DNA of 64,000 nucleotides from Orbicella franksi (Eukaryota): NCBI GenBank assembly GCA_964199315.1, contig OZ116699.1, positions 30,628,001 to 30,692,000 of the forward strand, read 5' to 3'. Shown piece by piece: positions 51,202 to 63,822 of this stretch (position 1 is its first letter; each line of letters starts with the position of its first letter). The notes under the pieces were generated by a model. It saw only the letters and a program-made list of their open reading frames with translations, ran no database searches and was not told where the DNA came from. The position numbers and the translations under genes were made by a program.

Positions 51202-54200
51202 TTAATACTGTCCCATAACTTTGATTCGTCGCATTAAGACAAATGTAAACGTTTTGCGAAACACAATAACAACGACACGAGTGACTTGGGAAACAAGAGC
51301 AAAGCCACACAGGAAGACGAGTAGCAAAGGTGCTATTGCCAATAAACAGATCTCAACTTGCTGCAGAACGATCAGATCTCTTTCCACAGAACCTTGTGGC
51401 GCTACTCCAGCGGACAGAAAGATGGCCTGAATGAGATTTATGGTTGCTATGACAACTAAACAAGCGAGTGACACGGCTTCCAAGATGTTTGCCCTCTGGT
51501 CTCGGAACGGCCGGGTTACCACGTGCCAAGTGAAAACAAGTAAACAGGTCATGTCCATGAAGAACAGTCGGAGAAGAGGATCTGGAAAAAAGACCTGAAA
51601 CGAGAGAAGCAGAAATCGTCGGCCAATCATAACACTTTCCCAGTACAAGGAACCAGTTTGGTGAGACCTTGGAGGACGAAACGGATCGTGTAACACTTTT
51701 AACACCTCTGCACTTGACTCGCTTGTCACCTGATGTCGATTACGAGTGCAAACGAGTTTCTGAATAAGCCACAAACATACGAAGCCCAACGGAAAAAAGC
51801 ACGCTCCGATGAAATGTTCGACGGAGATCAACTGTCTCTGAAGTTTCATCGCTCCCCAGTAGATGACTGCTATGAATGGAAGAAGACATGCAACGACATA
51901 AACAATGAAACCGTACTGCCACCATTCCAGGCATTTTATGTTCGCGTCATAATACAATCTGCTCTCACCCAGAACCTGAACACACGTTAAAAGCTTCAGG
52001 GCAGTGTTGGCCAGTGTTGCGTAACCAAGCAACAGCGTTTTCAGCGTAGCTGCATAATACGAGGCCATTGTTAGGCGTGGTCGACCCGTGATTTTATTGA
52101 AACAGAGATGCATCAGTAGCATTACTTGTATATTGAACAGCGTGGCCAAGACTCCCAATGCTGGTAGCAGCTCCTTAGTCACAACGGTTAGTCCAGCCAA
52201 TGGACAGCCGAAGTTTCCTCGTGAAACTTTTGTTTGGAAATTAAATAAACCGGTGATAAAGGAAATTAATGGCGCTTCTTTAGCTATTTCAGTGAAAGAT
52301 TCCAAAGTTAGGTAGCTCGCGATCTGATAGAAATAAAATGTGATCTTTGTGTAGCCTTTGTTGAACTTGTTCGGTTGATCAATTTCTTGATATTCCATTC
52401 TGCTGCGAGATCTTTTACACCACAGCGTATTCTCAACAAGGAATTGTATAATTGGTGGGTTATAAATGAAAAACAACGCCATTGCCACAGTGTAAACCGT
52501 CATCACCAACCAAATCCAAGGATCTTGACACTCTTCACTTGGTTTGCATTTTTTGGAGAACAGAGTCTCGGAGTATCCCGCCATGCACCTGCCACACATG
52601 ACGCCATCTCGGTTGCCCCGACAGCTGTTGTAAACTGATAAGTTTGTACCCCGTCTTTTGATTGGTTTGCAGTAATGTGGTGGACAGTGAACGAACGTAA
52701 GCGAACCTGAGTTATTTGAGTCAGGATATCCCCAAAAGTTCGGTTTGGCTTCGATGTTGCGAGAACAATTTGCTCCATCAGGGCAAGGAAAGCAGAATGG
52801 ATTAAATAACGAATCAACTCCTTTTTGAAACGGGGCGGTTATTTCTCCTCTCTGGAGGCTGTACAGACCGGGGGAGCACTGATGGCATGACAGTGTTATT
52901 ACAGTCACTTGCAACTTGCAAGGGTGTTTAGCAAAAGGCCAAAGCATGAAGTGGGAAAAGTTATCAAATCTAAGCAAACTGCCCACTGCACACTGTAGTT
53001 TCGTAGAGTTATCAAGTTTGACGAGGCCAGATTTAGACACAGAGAACAAACGGTATGAGTCTTTTTCTAAGTCAGTTGTAACCCAAGCTGCTTGAAGACG
53101 AAGTTGGCCTGTACTCTCGGAATAAATCGATGTATCATGGACGAACGTCTCGCCAGTAAAAACAATTTCCTGCGATTTCTGTTTGAAGGTGGAATTCTCA
53201 ATCCGGATGCTTCCACTTCCATCCGAAATACGAACATGTCCACCCCTATTGATAGCAAAGTTGTTCTCGAAGGTGCAATTGCGTATGGTGACGTTACCAT
53301 TTGCAAGGTAGACACCGCCGGCCACTCGTCCGATGTTATCGACGAATGAAGTATTCTCGATAATTATCGTATTTTGATATTGATAACTCAGATACGACCG
53401 TGAGCAAATGCTTTGATCGAGGTTATCAAGGGGCAGGACTATTGATAGCGGGCTTGTTTCTGAGTGGTACTTTTCGGAGTAATAACTTCGTATCCGACGA
53501 AACGTGCTGCTTGTTATTGTCACTGTGTTGGTTGTATTGCTATTGAAAGATTTGAGAATCACTGCAGCCGAACCAACAAACTCCTCAATAAGAACGTTGC
53601 GTAACTCTATTTTGGATCCAGAGGTAACGGTTTCGTACAACTTGACCAACACCGCATTACATTCTTCCTTCTTTACATTCTTTTTCTCAACAAACTTTAT
53701 CGATTCTAAAGTTAGCTGTAGATAACGGCTTTCTGCGAAAACATAGATGTCACCTTCCTTATTTCCACGAAACAGACATCTTTCGAAATGCAGCTTCATA
53801 CTGTCTCGGTTGCTTTTGGATGACAAGCCATGAAAAGCTGTGCCAGTACATTCAGTTACGTTCACTTCCGTGAAATTGACACGACAGTTGCACACCACAG
53901 CAAAGGCCCGGCTATTTTTGTTCCATCGAGTTTGAAAGACTTCCACTGATCCGACACTGGACATCACAAAAACGCTTCCAAGAAGCATGTCGCTGTTATT
54001 AACAAACTTACAATTCTTCAGTTTTGTCGTAGCGTTACTTTGTGTCATCGTAGGGAACGGAGAGATGTAAATTGAAGATCCCACTTGTGCAGTGCCAGAC
54101 ATCCATGAGCAGAACCTAGCCCTAAATTGTACGAGTCTATTCTTAATTATAAACAAAGCACCGCCAGTACGATTGGAACGACAATTTCGAAACGAAACGT

Positions 54201-55973
54201 ACTCGAGGTCGACGAGGACAAATCCAAGTTGGCTATTGACGGAAAACGCTCCGCCATTCAGGGCTGAGTTGTTTGTGAAATTTGATTTGCAAACAGTCAC
54301 ATTTATTACACCGCCGGTTACGTTAAACGCCACTGCTCCACCTCGATGGGCTGCTGTGTTTCCATTAAACGACGAATTTTTAATGAACACGTGACTTGAT
54401 CTTACTGCCTGTATGAGGATACCTGCACCAGAGTGGGGCGCCGCCAGAGAGTGGCCGTTTATTTCAGAGTTGAAGACTTTTAGCTTTACTGCACTTGAGT
54501 CAAACTGAACGCATCTGATATTGGCAGCGTTTCCCGTCGATACTATGTGATCAAAAACAACAGTTACATTTCTTCCTTCAGAGAAGTACAGACCTTTTCC
54601 TGACGAAGCATTCAGTAAAACAGAGTTTTTGACGAATTTAACGCGCTGATAAAATTCTTTGGTTTCAGAAAATGAAACGTTGTTGGTAATCAGAGGACCT
54701 ACATTGTTGGAAAATAATACGTTTTTACAAGAAATATTAATGTCTATATTTAGCATTAAAGTACGAGATGCGCCATATATCGAGATTCCACTTCCTTCAT
54801 TGTTCGAGGGAGGTCTGTTTTGTATGAAGTTTACATTGTCCAAGTGGATAGCCGCTTGTGTATCGCTCTCGAACAGTGCCAGACGAATACAACCTGTGTT
54901 TTTATAGAACAAGGAGCCTTGAACAGCCACTGTCGCACTTTGGTGGAAAACCAGCTTTGTTTGTATTGGATTGAAACTTTGCAGGAAGCTACAGTTTACA
55001 AAGGAAACGGAAGAATCGGTGAAGACCATCGACGTGTTTGTAAACACAATGCTTGTGAAGTTAACGTCCATTTCTTCCTTCTTCGCGGATGGACCCGTGA
55101 AGCGGAGCAAGTCGTCACATGAAATGAAAGCCGACGAAGGAAATCCAATGATTTTCAGGCTGACTTTAACGTTTATAGTGTAATTTTCATCTTTTAAAAA
55201 TTTGTTTTTCCCTTTTTTCTCAAGATTCATTATTCCACAGTCGTAGGGATCTGACTTAGTAAATGATCCATCCAACAAAATGCGGTCATTCCGGTCAGCC
55301 ATTTGTATGCCTCGCGCAAGCGTTCTGCAGGGTTCATCCTTTGATCCACAATTGTAAGAATCGTTTCCGCGATGGCGTGATACATATACGTCTTTGTGTG
55401 CGAAGGCATGATACTCTATTTGTAAACAAAAAGAAAAGAAATCACCTCTTGAGATAATTTTGTTGGATGCTTTACAAAATAATTTCTACTAGTTTCTGTT
55501 GATTCTTGATCGAGGTTGATAAATGAATTATTTCAATCATTTTGGATACATTAAACAATCCAGAAACATTTTCCGTTCACTAGGGCTACAATCATGGTAC
55601 GATTCGAATAAAAATGAAGCATTTTGGGATAGAATTCCGTTTCTGCTCGTTATTTTGACCGATTCAGGCAGCAATACCAATGCTTTCCTGCCGGCTGAGT
55701 TTCATCATGTGATTATAGAAATTTTGAGCAAGGTGAGTGAAAACGTCCCATGCTATAGCCAAATAAGCAAGTGTTTTAATGCAAGTCTTAAAACGTCAAA
55801 GACTGAGTCCCAAGTTTAATTCAAAGCAAAGAGATAATGGCAGATTCACCAAACCATTTTGAAGAGACTCAACAAAATTCGCTTGGTTACAAATACTGTT
55901 TTCTTCACTCACCTTGTTCAACGACGATGACGATAATAGAGATCAACAGTATTTCGTACAGAACACGAAACAT
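51202..55973 (-). CDS. Predicted cell-surface receptor: signal peptide, Pmp/POMP-like repeat beta-helix, Cys-rich linker and multi-pass TM region; 2 exons, 1424 aa
   Basis: Exon 1 is 55973-55913 (MFRVLYEILLISIIVIVVEQ, phase-1 GTGAGT donor). Exon 2 is 55415-51202 (4214 nt; YHAFAHKDVYVSRHRGNDSYNCGSKDEPC..). FxxN..GGA(V/F/L)-type repeats: FNGNTAAHRGGAV, FTNNSALNGGAF, FVDNIGRVAGGV, FENNFAINRGGHV. Cys blocks CHQCSPG, CFPCPDGANC, CGRCMAGY. About 10 hydrophobic segments at the C-terminus. Confidence 0.88.
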
Positions 55974-56909
55974 TCTGGAATCGTACGTACTGACGCAGCC
56001 AAAGAAAATTCAAAACAGCGGAATCGTTTCCTTACCCTTCGATAACGAGCCCAGCCGGATAAAACTGAAATATTGGAACAGTCTGAAACAGTCGTATGAC
56101 GGAAGGGTTTTTATTTCAGTTTCGCCGGAACAAATGTCAGTTTTGCTTACGTCATGGAAATGCTTTGTTCGTGTAATGCTCAACAAATAAGATAAGGAAT
56201 AAAAAAAAGAAACCAAATTCTCCGAAGGAAAAAAAGAGACCGACTGGTACTGGTTTACCGATAATCTGTAACGCGGGAAAACCTTAGCAGCACTCATAAA
56301 AAAAAACGTTCAGGAAAGTAAGAACTTAAAACCTAGCATACACAACGTGATTAGGGCAGGTGCAGTGATTTACCAAAATATGGATTTCCCTGGGCCTATT
56401 GGGCCGTGTTAAGTCCCCCGTTTATCGGGTAAGATGTGCAACCGCCATCTTTACTTCCTACGGCACCTGTTAGCGATATGGAGTGCTATACTGCACTGTA
56501 TAATAGAGTTATAGTTAACCCGCAATAAGTGGTTGCGGCTTACTTTTCCCGATGTTCTCAAATTAATTTGGCGGTGTCAACTAAACCTGTTATAATTTCT
56601 CGTCGTCTGTTGATCGATAGTAGACCATAAAGTTATTACCGTTTCTCCCTCCTTGACACATTATTTATACATCAAAATAAAATGAAGTGAAAACCGGAAC
56701 TTGCAAATGACTTCAACGGAAGTTATAATTTGCTGAAGCAGATTTGAACTAAATTTACCCGGGCAAACTAACAAACAGTAGCCGTCTTCTTCTTTACATC
56801 CCAACACTACGCCCAATCATTGCAAAATTGCGCGAAATATGATTTTGAAAAGGGCGGGATTTTATTGTCAATATCACATCACCGGATCAGGTGTAGGAGA
56901 CAACAAGCA

Positions 56910-57480
56910 GAAGACGCAGTGACTAGTTAGCGTGCTGGCCGACTATGGAATCGAGCGGTCCCAGTTCGAGGCCAGGGGCCCGTTTCTCGAAGGTCCCGAA
57001 ACGTTTTCGCACCCGGAAAGCCGTGGCAAAATCTTCAAACCTTATGATTACAGAGCTGTTTTATTCACATATTCTTAACATGAAGAGAGGTTCTCTTCAT
57101 ACAAAAAGTTTCAGGCGTTTACATCTCTTTGTTTTTAGAAACAGATTAATTAAAAAAAAAAAACAGAAACAAAAAAAACGCTTTGCTGGCCCCGGCGAAA
57201 AGTTTCCAGGGCTTTCGAGAAGCGAGTTCCTAGCCGGAGCCATTGCATTACTTCTTGGGTCAGAAATTTTACTCTCACAATGCATTCCTCACCCCCCAGT
57301 TGTATAAATGGGTACCGGGGGGAGTTAAATGCTGGGGGAGGGAGGTGTTGGGGTGAGGGTGGGGTAATCCTGCCATGCGTCAGAACCGGGCGTATCCAGG
57401 TGGGAGAAGAAGTGCTTATCCCTGTAATTCAACGCTGTTTAGAAACCGGGATAAACTATGGAGGGCCGACGCAGACTTAC
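56910..57480 (+). mobile_element. tRNA-derived SINE interrupted by a MITE
   Basis: Head ..TAGTTAGCGTGCTGG..CAGTTCGAGGCC, resuming after 57230 with CCGGAGCCATTGC..TTTACTCTCAC..GTATAAATGGGTACCGG..CCGGGATAAAC. Confidence 0.7.
56976..57230. mobile_element. Harbinger-like MITE nested in SINE
   Basis: Left GGGCCCGTTTCTCGAAGGTCCCG and right CAGGGCTTTCGAGAAGCGAGTTCC are inverted; flanked by CAG/TAG. Confidence 0.7.
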
Positions 57481-58652
57481 CAGCTTATTGTCACAAGTGA
57501 GACGTGCCGGGAAGCGATGTGCTCTGCAGTCATGTGTACACAACGTACAGTAAAAGATGGATAAAGAAAGCAAGACACAATTCAAACGACAATCAACCGT
57601 TTAATAATAACGATGTAAATTTAAATGCCATGAAACGTGCCCCTGTCCGATTCCATTACGATGTGAGGGGACTACATGGTCTCACAGTTTCCTTGCCTAC
57701 ATAGCCAGCTCAGTTAGTTTAGGAGCAATGCATATACACTTTCACTCAACCATTTAAGATAAGAATATATAGGTTAAAAAATTGTTAATCAATTAAGCTG
57801 AGATACAAAACCAACTTGAAATTCGAGCTCTGAAAACTAAATTGCTTGGGGAAGTTTTTTGTATAAGTCGTAAAATACAAACTGTTTTGTGCCAATCAAC
57901 GTATACAAATGTAAAAGTTGATAATAAATATTTTTTTCGAGCGATTGCCATGCAAGTTCTAACCAGTAGTCTTTTCTTCGGTGCTGGATAAGTGAGATAA
58001 AATATTTTAATACACGCGCTCCCGATGTCAGTGGTTAAATAAGACTAAAACTGGTTTGTAACAAAGCACGCAGGACTTGTGACAAAGAAGAGTGTCTACA
58101 AAGGCGAGAGCCGTCCGGTCAATTACTTTTGTAGCCGACAAAATGCACGGATGAGGCCTTTTTCCTGTTGTATGCATAGCAGCTGAGCCATTTTACAAGA
58201 AAACTCTACTTGGTCTTGTATGCGCGGAATAAATGACGTCATTCCTGCACCTTGGGTGAGGTGGACTAAAACTCAACCTGCTCTCTGCTCCACAAAAAGA
58301 GAATTCGATGACAGATTTTTGTTTCTTTCTATGTTTCTATGTCTTTCTACGTTAACACAAGTCTACCTTGCCATAAAATAAAAACAAGAACACAAGTTTT
58401 GAAAACAATACATTGCTTGCAGAACTTTTAAATCCTTTTTCACTTCAGAAATCTCAGAAATGTACTGATCGGGAAAAATGTTTCACGTAACTCACGACAC
58501 ACATTTCAAATTCAGACGAAAAAGGAAAAAGGCTTGGCAATTAAAATTTAGGTTGTGTTCAGTTGACCTAACTTCTAAGTAAGGATAAATAAAACAAACT
58601 CGGCTTCCCAATTAAATCGTTTGACTCATTGCAATTCCCGAGTGAATGGCGG

Positions 58653-58947
58653 TTTTTATACTAAAGAAGTATTATCCGTTTGGACGAACTTGGCCAAACA
58701 TTTGAAGTTCGTCTGGTTATGCATCTCTAGTATAAAGACGGGCACACTCGGGCACGGGGACGTGTTATGCATCGAGACGAACTATTTTTCGTAGTGCGTG
58801 CGTCATTCAAGACGCATAACGAAGGATAGTTAGTCTCGATGAATAACGCGTCTTGTGCCCATCTCTATACTAGAGACGCACAACCAGACAAATTACAAAT
58901 GTTTACCCAAGTTCGTCCACACGGATAATGTGCCTTCAGTATAAAAA
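58653..58947. mobile_element. Large palindromic MITE (~295 bp hairpin)
   Basis: TTTTATACT..ATTATCCGT.TGGACGAACTTGG..AAACATTTG..TCTGGTT..CATCTCTAGTATA..GGGCAC is mirrored by GTGCCC..TATACTAGAGA..AACCAGA..CAAATGTTT..CCAAGTTCGTCCA.ACGGATAAT..AGTATAAAA. Confidence 0.82.
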
Positions 58948-60528
58948 TGGTGAGGACGCATTATCCGTCTGGACGTATAATGCGTCTTCTAGTATTGAAA
59001 CGGCCAATGTATTACAGGCATTCGGTCACTTTAAGTCGCGTCGTGGAGAAAACGGCTTGTTATGCAAATAACCATGCTCTCATCCTTCTCCTTTCCTAGC
59101 TTGTAAAAGCAAATGAAAGGCAAATGAAAGAGTTGTTTCCTAGTCGTCACTCCAAACCGCAAAACAATCCAGGGGTTGGATTCAGTAATCAACAAGCGCA
59201 AGCCTTGTTAATCGACAAACAGAAGGAATCGCTATTTTGCAGTATCCCGGAACATATTCTTAATCCGGAATGAGGTTTATCAAAAGCAACCATAGCGAGA
59301 AATAAGCAATTAATGACGAAGACAACACTAAGGACGACGACTACTAAAAATGAATTCATATTTTACCTTTGATTTTCGCCATTCCTAAACATGTTCGACG
59401 ATCGGTTTAAAAAGCAGCTCAACCGAAATATGTAATACCAGCGATCAATTCCAAAAAGAAACACAAAAAATTCGCCGTCGTGGCTCACGTTCTCCAAAAT
59501 ACGCAGAGCTTGAATTGGTCATTTCACGTTGTTCAGTTTTGTAGAGAATTGCTTCATACATTTTATGTAACGCACGTTCATAGGCATTGTTTTGCTCATT
59601 AAACCCTTTGTAATGTGACGTTCTCGTTACCGTAACCGTCGTGGTTTCCTTAAACTTCCTAATTATCTGGACAATTCCTTACATAGGATTTTTAAAAACA
59701 AAATGTAACCTTATTTTCTCTGTTGGACACACGGAGAATTACTAACCCTAAGGTGTAGGACACCGGATCAGGTGACCCGGGTTCAAGCGCTGATTAGGGT
59801 TCTTGGAAAAAGACTTTAAATCAGCTTTTAGTGTTACGTGGATAGGACATCTTTCGACCATCTTTCGACATGCTATATAAAACTGTGAAACTGGCAATTT
59901 TTCCAGCTATCAGAGGAACAAATGACAATTAAATGATAGTTACTGACCTCAAATTAATGAAGAAGAATGTGGACTTTGCATGTTTCCCGATTTACGGGTT
60001 AATTCAAACGATTTTAGTGTAGTCGATCAGCTCTCAAAAGTGACTTCCGGTAGAAAGACGTAAACATTCAAAACAGTCTATTCGTCTCTCACAGAAAGAG
60101 TTCTTGATACTCCTAGCCTTAGTCTGATGTCAAATAAATCCATCTTTCGCGACTAAAAGCTGCGTTCGACCTTAAAGAAGTCAGTTGTGTTTACATTTTT
60201 GACGTAGGCCAGGTTACATAGCACGTCGAGAGATGGCATGTTGAAAGATAGTCGCTATGCACGTAACACTGAAAGCGAGTGTAATTCTCACTACGACTCT
60301 CCTCACCCAGGTTGATAAATGAGTACCTAGCAAAATACTGGGGGTAACTAATGAGTATGCAGCACGCCATATTGGGCTAACGCTATTTTTGCTCCTGGCT
60401 GAGCGGGTAACATTGGGCGAGAGAGAGAAAATACGATTACTAAAAACCCACACAAATGGCTAAATTAAATTGATAATACAGCAGACCAAGCAATGTACGT
60501 ATCCTCGAATAACAGTTCTTAACTCCAG

Positions 60529-63500
60529 CTAATTTGGATGCAACCCAATGAATGTCACTTCCGAGTCCTTTTCTACAGCAATAGCTGCGATATCCCTGGT
60601 TGAATACATGGAGCAGGTCCCGTTATATGAGAAGCTGAAGGCATCACAAAAAAGATCTTCGGTACAGGTAGAGTTACAACTGCCCTGATCCATTCTTTCT
60701 GAAAAGTAGGCGTTTCCCTCAGGCTCCAGTTTAGCGTGAGTCAGATGCACATCCTGCAGTTTTGAAATGAATAGGACCAAATCTGATTGAGTACCATCGC
60801 TGCCATTTCGCTTCGTCAGGTTTAGATGAACGTTCACATTTTCGTCTAGTGCGCTGTAAAACTTGCACAAAGAACTTGCATGGGGCGGTTTATGGACACT
60901 GTACGTCACTGCAGTGCAGTTAGGATCTTGCAGACAAAATGAAATGCAGAGAGATTTGTCTACCTCTCGGAGATATCGGTAACCTGTCAGAACAGCAGAC
61001 TGAATGAGTTGACTAATGGATGTTATCTGTAAAGATGACACTGAAAGGGATGATACAAAAACTTTGCTCTCCAGAAAAGATTCGTTCACGCAACATTGTT
61101 CTTAGGAAAGGACACTAGATACGTAGAAATGTGTATTCTGGATAAAAGCGGTCTCATGTTGCGATAAAATATGCTTAGAAGTCTGCGTTTCCTTGTATGA
61201 GCGTGACTTTCACAATAAATTACGTTTTTTCTCCTAGGGACTTTGAAAGGTTTTGGGATATCGTTAATAGTCAGCGAAATTAAGGTTAGATATCGAATAG
61301 AAAAAAAAGTGTGTTCCCAAGGGTGCCATGATGTATTTACAGTTAAGTAGAAAGGGAAGGATTGGCAAGATATTATGTTAGTATAAGGCTACTCCAGCCA
61401 AACTGCAGCCCGTCCCTAAAAAAAATCGTCAGATGTAGTTTAATTTTGTCTTCAACGTAAAATGACAAATGAAACAAGCAAATCATACCTCTTCCTGTGA
61501 TATCGATGCCTGCAGCTTCAAGATGAAATCTGGATTCACACGAATGAACGGTTCCTTTCTTTTTCATTAATTGGCAATATTTCTGAGAAACATTGCTCAG
61601 TTTTTCTCTTACTGCCGTGTAATCAACTCCTCGTGTCAGGTGTTGGGAAAACTGTCCAGTGAACAAGTTGTCGATTTCAGAGAGCGAATACAGCATAGGA
61701 ACGGGATTCTGTTGCACAGACGACGCCCAAGTCATAGCATCGCCATTTGCAGGTGGGGTGGAGCCCACGGTAAACGTGGTCGTCTCGACAGCCTTTGAAA
61801 AGTTCGATGTTGCGTCGCTTTGTTCTTTGTCCAGAGAAAATCCTCCGCCAATGCCGAACAGCCCCGAATAACTTGCCTGGACTTCTACGCTTATTTTGCT
61901 TTTCTTTAAAGACTGATAAGCTGTTTGGCTGACCTTGTGCTTTTGGACAAACTTGGCTCCAAACGTTACATCGGTAAAGAAATGAGTTCCATAATATTCA
62001 ATGAATTCGAGGACATCTTCGTCCTTCGCGTCGGCTAGCTTATTGGCCGAGGCCAGAAAGCTTGGATCAAAAGGTGGGGGTTTTTTGAAATCAACCATGC
62101 TGTAATAGTTCTGACACTCAGCGTGGGACATGACGTATAAAAATTCGCCAGTTGACATTTCAGATGAATCCTTGTTATAGCTGGCACTGGCAGAAAATTC
62201 AAAACCCCAGCCACCACCTGTGGATCAGAAAATTGCATCTTTAGTGGCTTTTTAAGTTTTGAGGGCCTTAAAAATTTTGTTGAACATGTCAGTCTTTCTT
62301 TGGGGCTAGTTAAGGTTTATCCACTAGGCCACAATGTTTCTCTAAATCTATAAGCTGTTGGACTTTATGAATTTTCTTGTGGCTGAGTTGTTGGAAACTA
62401 TCTATTATGGCTAATTTTGACTCATTGGTTATCACAAGAATCTTAGAAACAGAACTTTCTTCTGAGATCAACAGGTTTAATTTACCTTCGACTTTAGCTT
62501 GAGCGCCAAGATGTTCAGACATTTCTTGCTTATTTCGAATCAATTTGGACTCAAACGACACCACGCAAGACTCGCTGGGGATCACAGTGAAGCCTTGAGG
62601 AACAACGTAGCGACAATCCGAAGTTTGTTTTGGTTGTGAATAATTAGCGCTGAATATAGGGTGTCTAAACCCGGGATCGCGCCCGTTAGCCAGCGGATAT
62701 CCGTAAAGGATGTCATAGCCAAGAAGACTGTAGTCTAAATCAGGAAAAGTCTTCTTCCAATGTGTTTCACTGGTACAGTCTTGTACTTGCACGTCCATTC
62801 GTACTCCTGAAATTTACAAGCAAGCAGCCCACATAAGCAGAAGAAATAAATAAAAAAAACCGATACCGAGATTGTTTCTATTGATTATCCCCCTGATTTA
62901 CCCTTAGTATATTAACAGAAAATTTCCTCCGATGTTAAACCTCTAAATGTCCCTGACTATATTTCCACGTTCATGCTGTTAACGAAGTTTGACCTCTGGT
63001 GACTTTCTGAGCAGGGACGCCTTTAAGGGCGAAAGCGCGACCCTCCTCCAAGATTACTACTTAAAACACCAAAAAGTTCCAAAATAATTCGAAAGTAGAG
63101 CATAGTTCCAATATCCAGTTTTCATTTTACACACCGATTCAGTAAAGAATGCAAAAGCTGTTTAGAAAGATTTATTTATACGAACCAAGAGTTATCTAAT
63201 CCCTTACCAAAATCGTAGTCCGTGGGATCCTTCTCTGCCTGGAACAATGTTCTCGGAAAGGCCGACAGGTTGAGAGTATCAGGGAGTTTAGATCTGAAAC
63301 AGTAGTCAACGTAGACATGGCAAGTGGTCGGAAGCACTAACGACATTAGAATATGCCTTATCTTGTTTGTCCAATGATGCTCATACAGATACGAGAAATT
63401 AATGTATTTTTCTCATGATCAAACTGCATTTTGTTGGTTTGCCATCAGTGAAATCTCTTTTTCATCATGACAAATAAAGCTCTTGGCATGAAACACCTAC

Positions 63501-63711
63501 AAATCAGCTTTCTTTCCGACATAATAGTTCTTCTAAAAATACGTTAACAACATTTTTCAACTAATACCGTTGATTTTCACATAGACATTTGCCCTTTCCA
63601 CTCGTATAAAACTCACCTGGAATGTGGGTAAAGAGTCATCACTAGACCTGCAACAATTGCTACAACCACAGCTAGCAAAACTGACAGTTTGCTATGTTTC
63701 TCCAAGTACGT
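60529..63711 (-). CDS. MACPF-domain pore-forming protein with N-terminal hydrophobic segment and two C-terminal PAN/apple-like domains; 5' end probably beyond window
   Basis: Exons 63711-63617 (TYLEKHSKLSVLLAVVVAIVAGLVMTLYPHS), 63293-63208, 62806-62486 (PDLDYSLLGYDILYGYPLANGRDPGF..), 62217-61489 (MACPF signature YGTHFFTDVTFGA), 60983-60529 (CISFCLQDPNCTAVTY..CKFY and CNSTCTEDLFCDAFSF..CSMY). Phases 0/2/1/1/1 are consistent; 561 aa in window. Confidence 0.9.
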
Positions 63712-63722
63712 CTGCATATAAA

Positions 63723-63822
63723 AGGTAAGGGAAGGTAATGTAAGGCAAGTAAGGTATGGTATGTGAACTGAGGGAGCTCAAGGTGAGGTGGGGTTAGGTG
63801 AGGTAGGGTAGAGTAGGGTAGG
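63723..63822. repeat. (GGTAA/GGTAG)n pentanucleotide-like repeat
   Basis: aggtaagggaaggtaatgtaaggcaagtaaggtatgg...aggtgaggtagggtagagtagggtagg; on the minus strand it forms the polypyrimidine tract of the MACPF acceptor. Confidence 0.7.

Noticed and set aside
51053-51310. Frameshifted C-terminal extension of the receptor across an A10 run
   Set aside because: The main frame ends cleanly after the last TM segment and nothing supports the extension; raw reads at the homopolymer would be needed.
51221-55457. Many plus-strand ORFs of 60-120 aa
   Set aside because: Antisense shadows of the long receptor exon.
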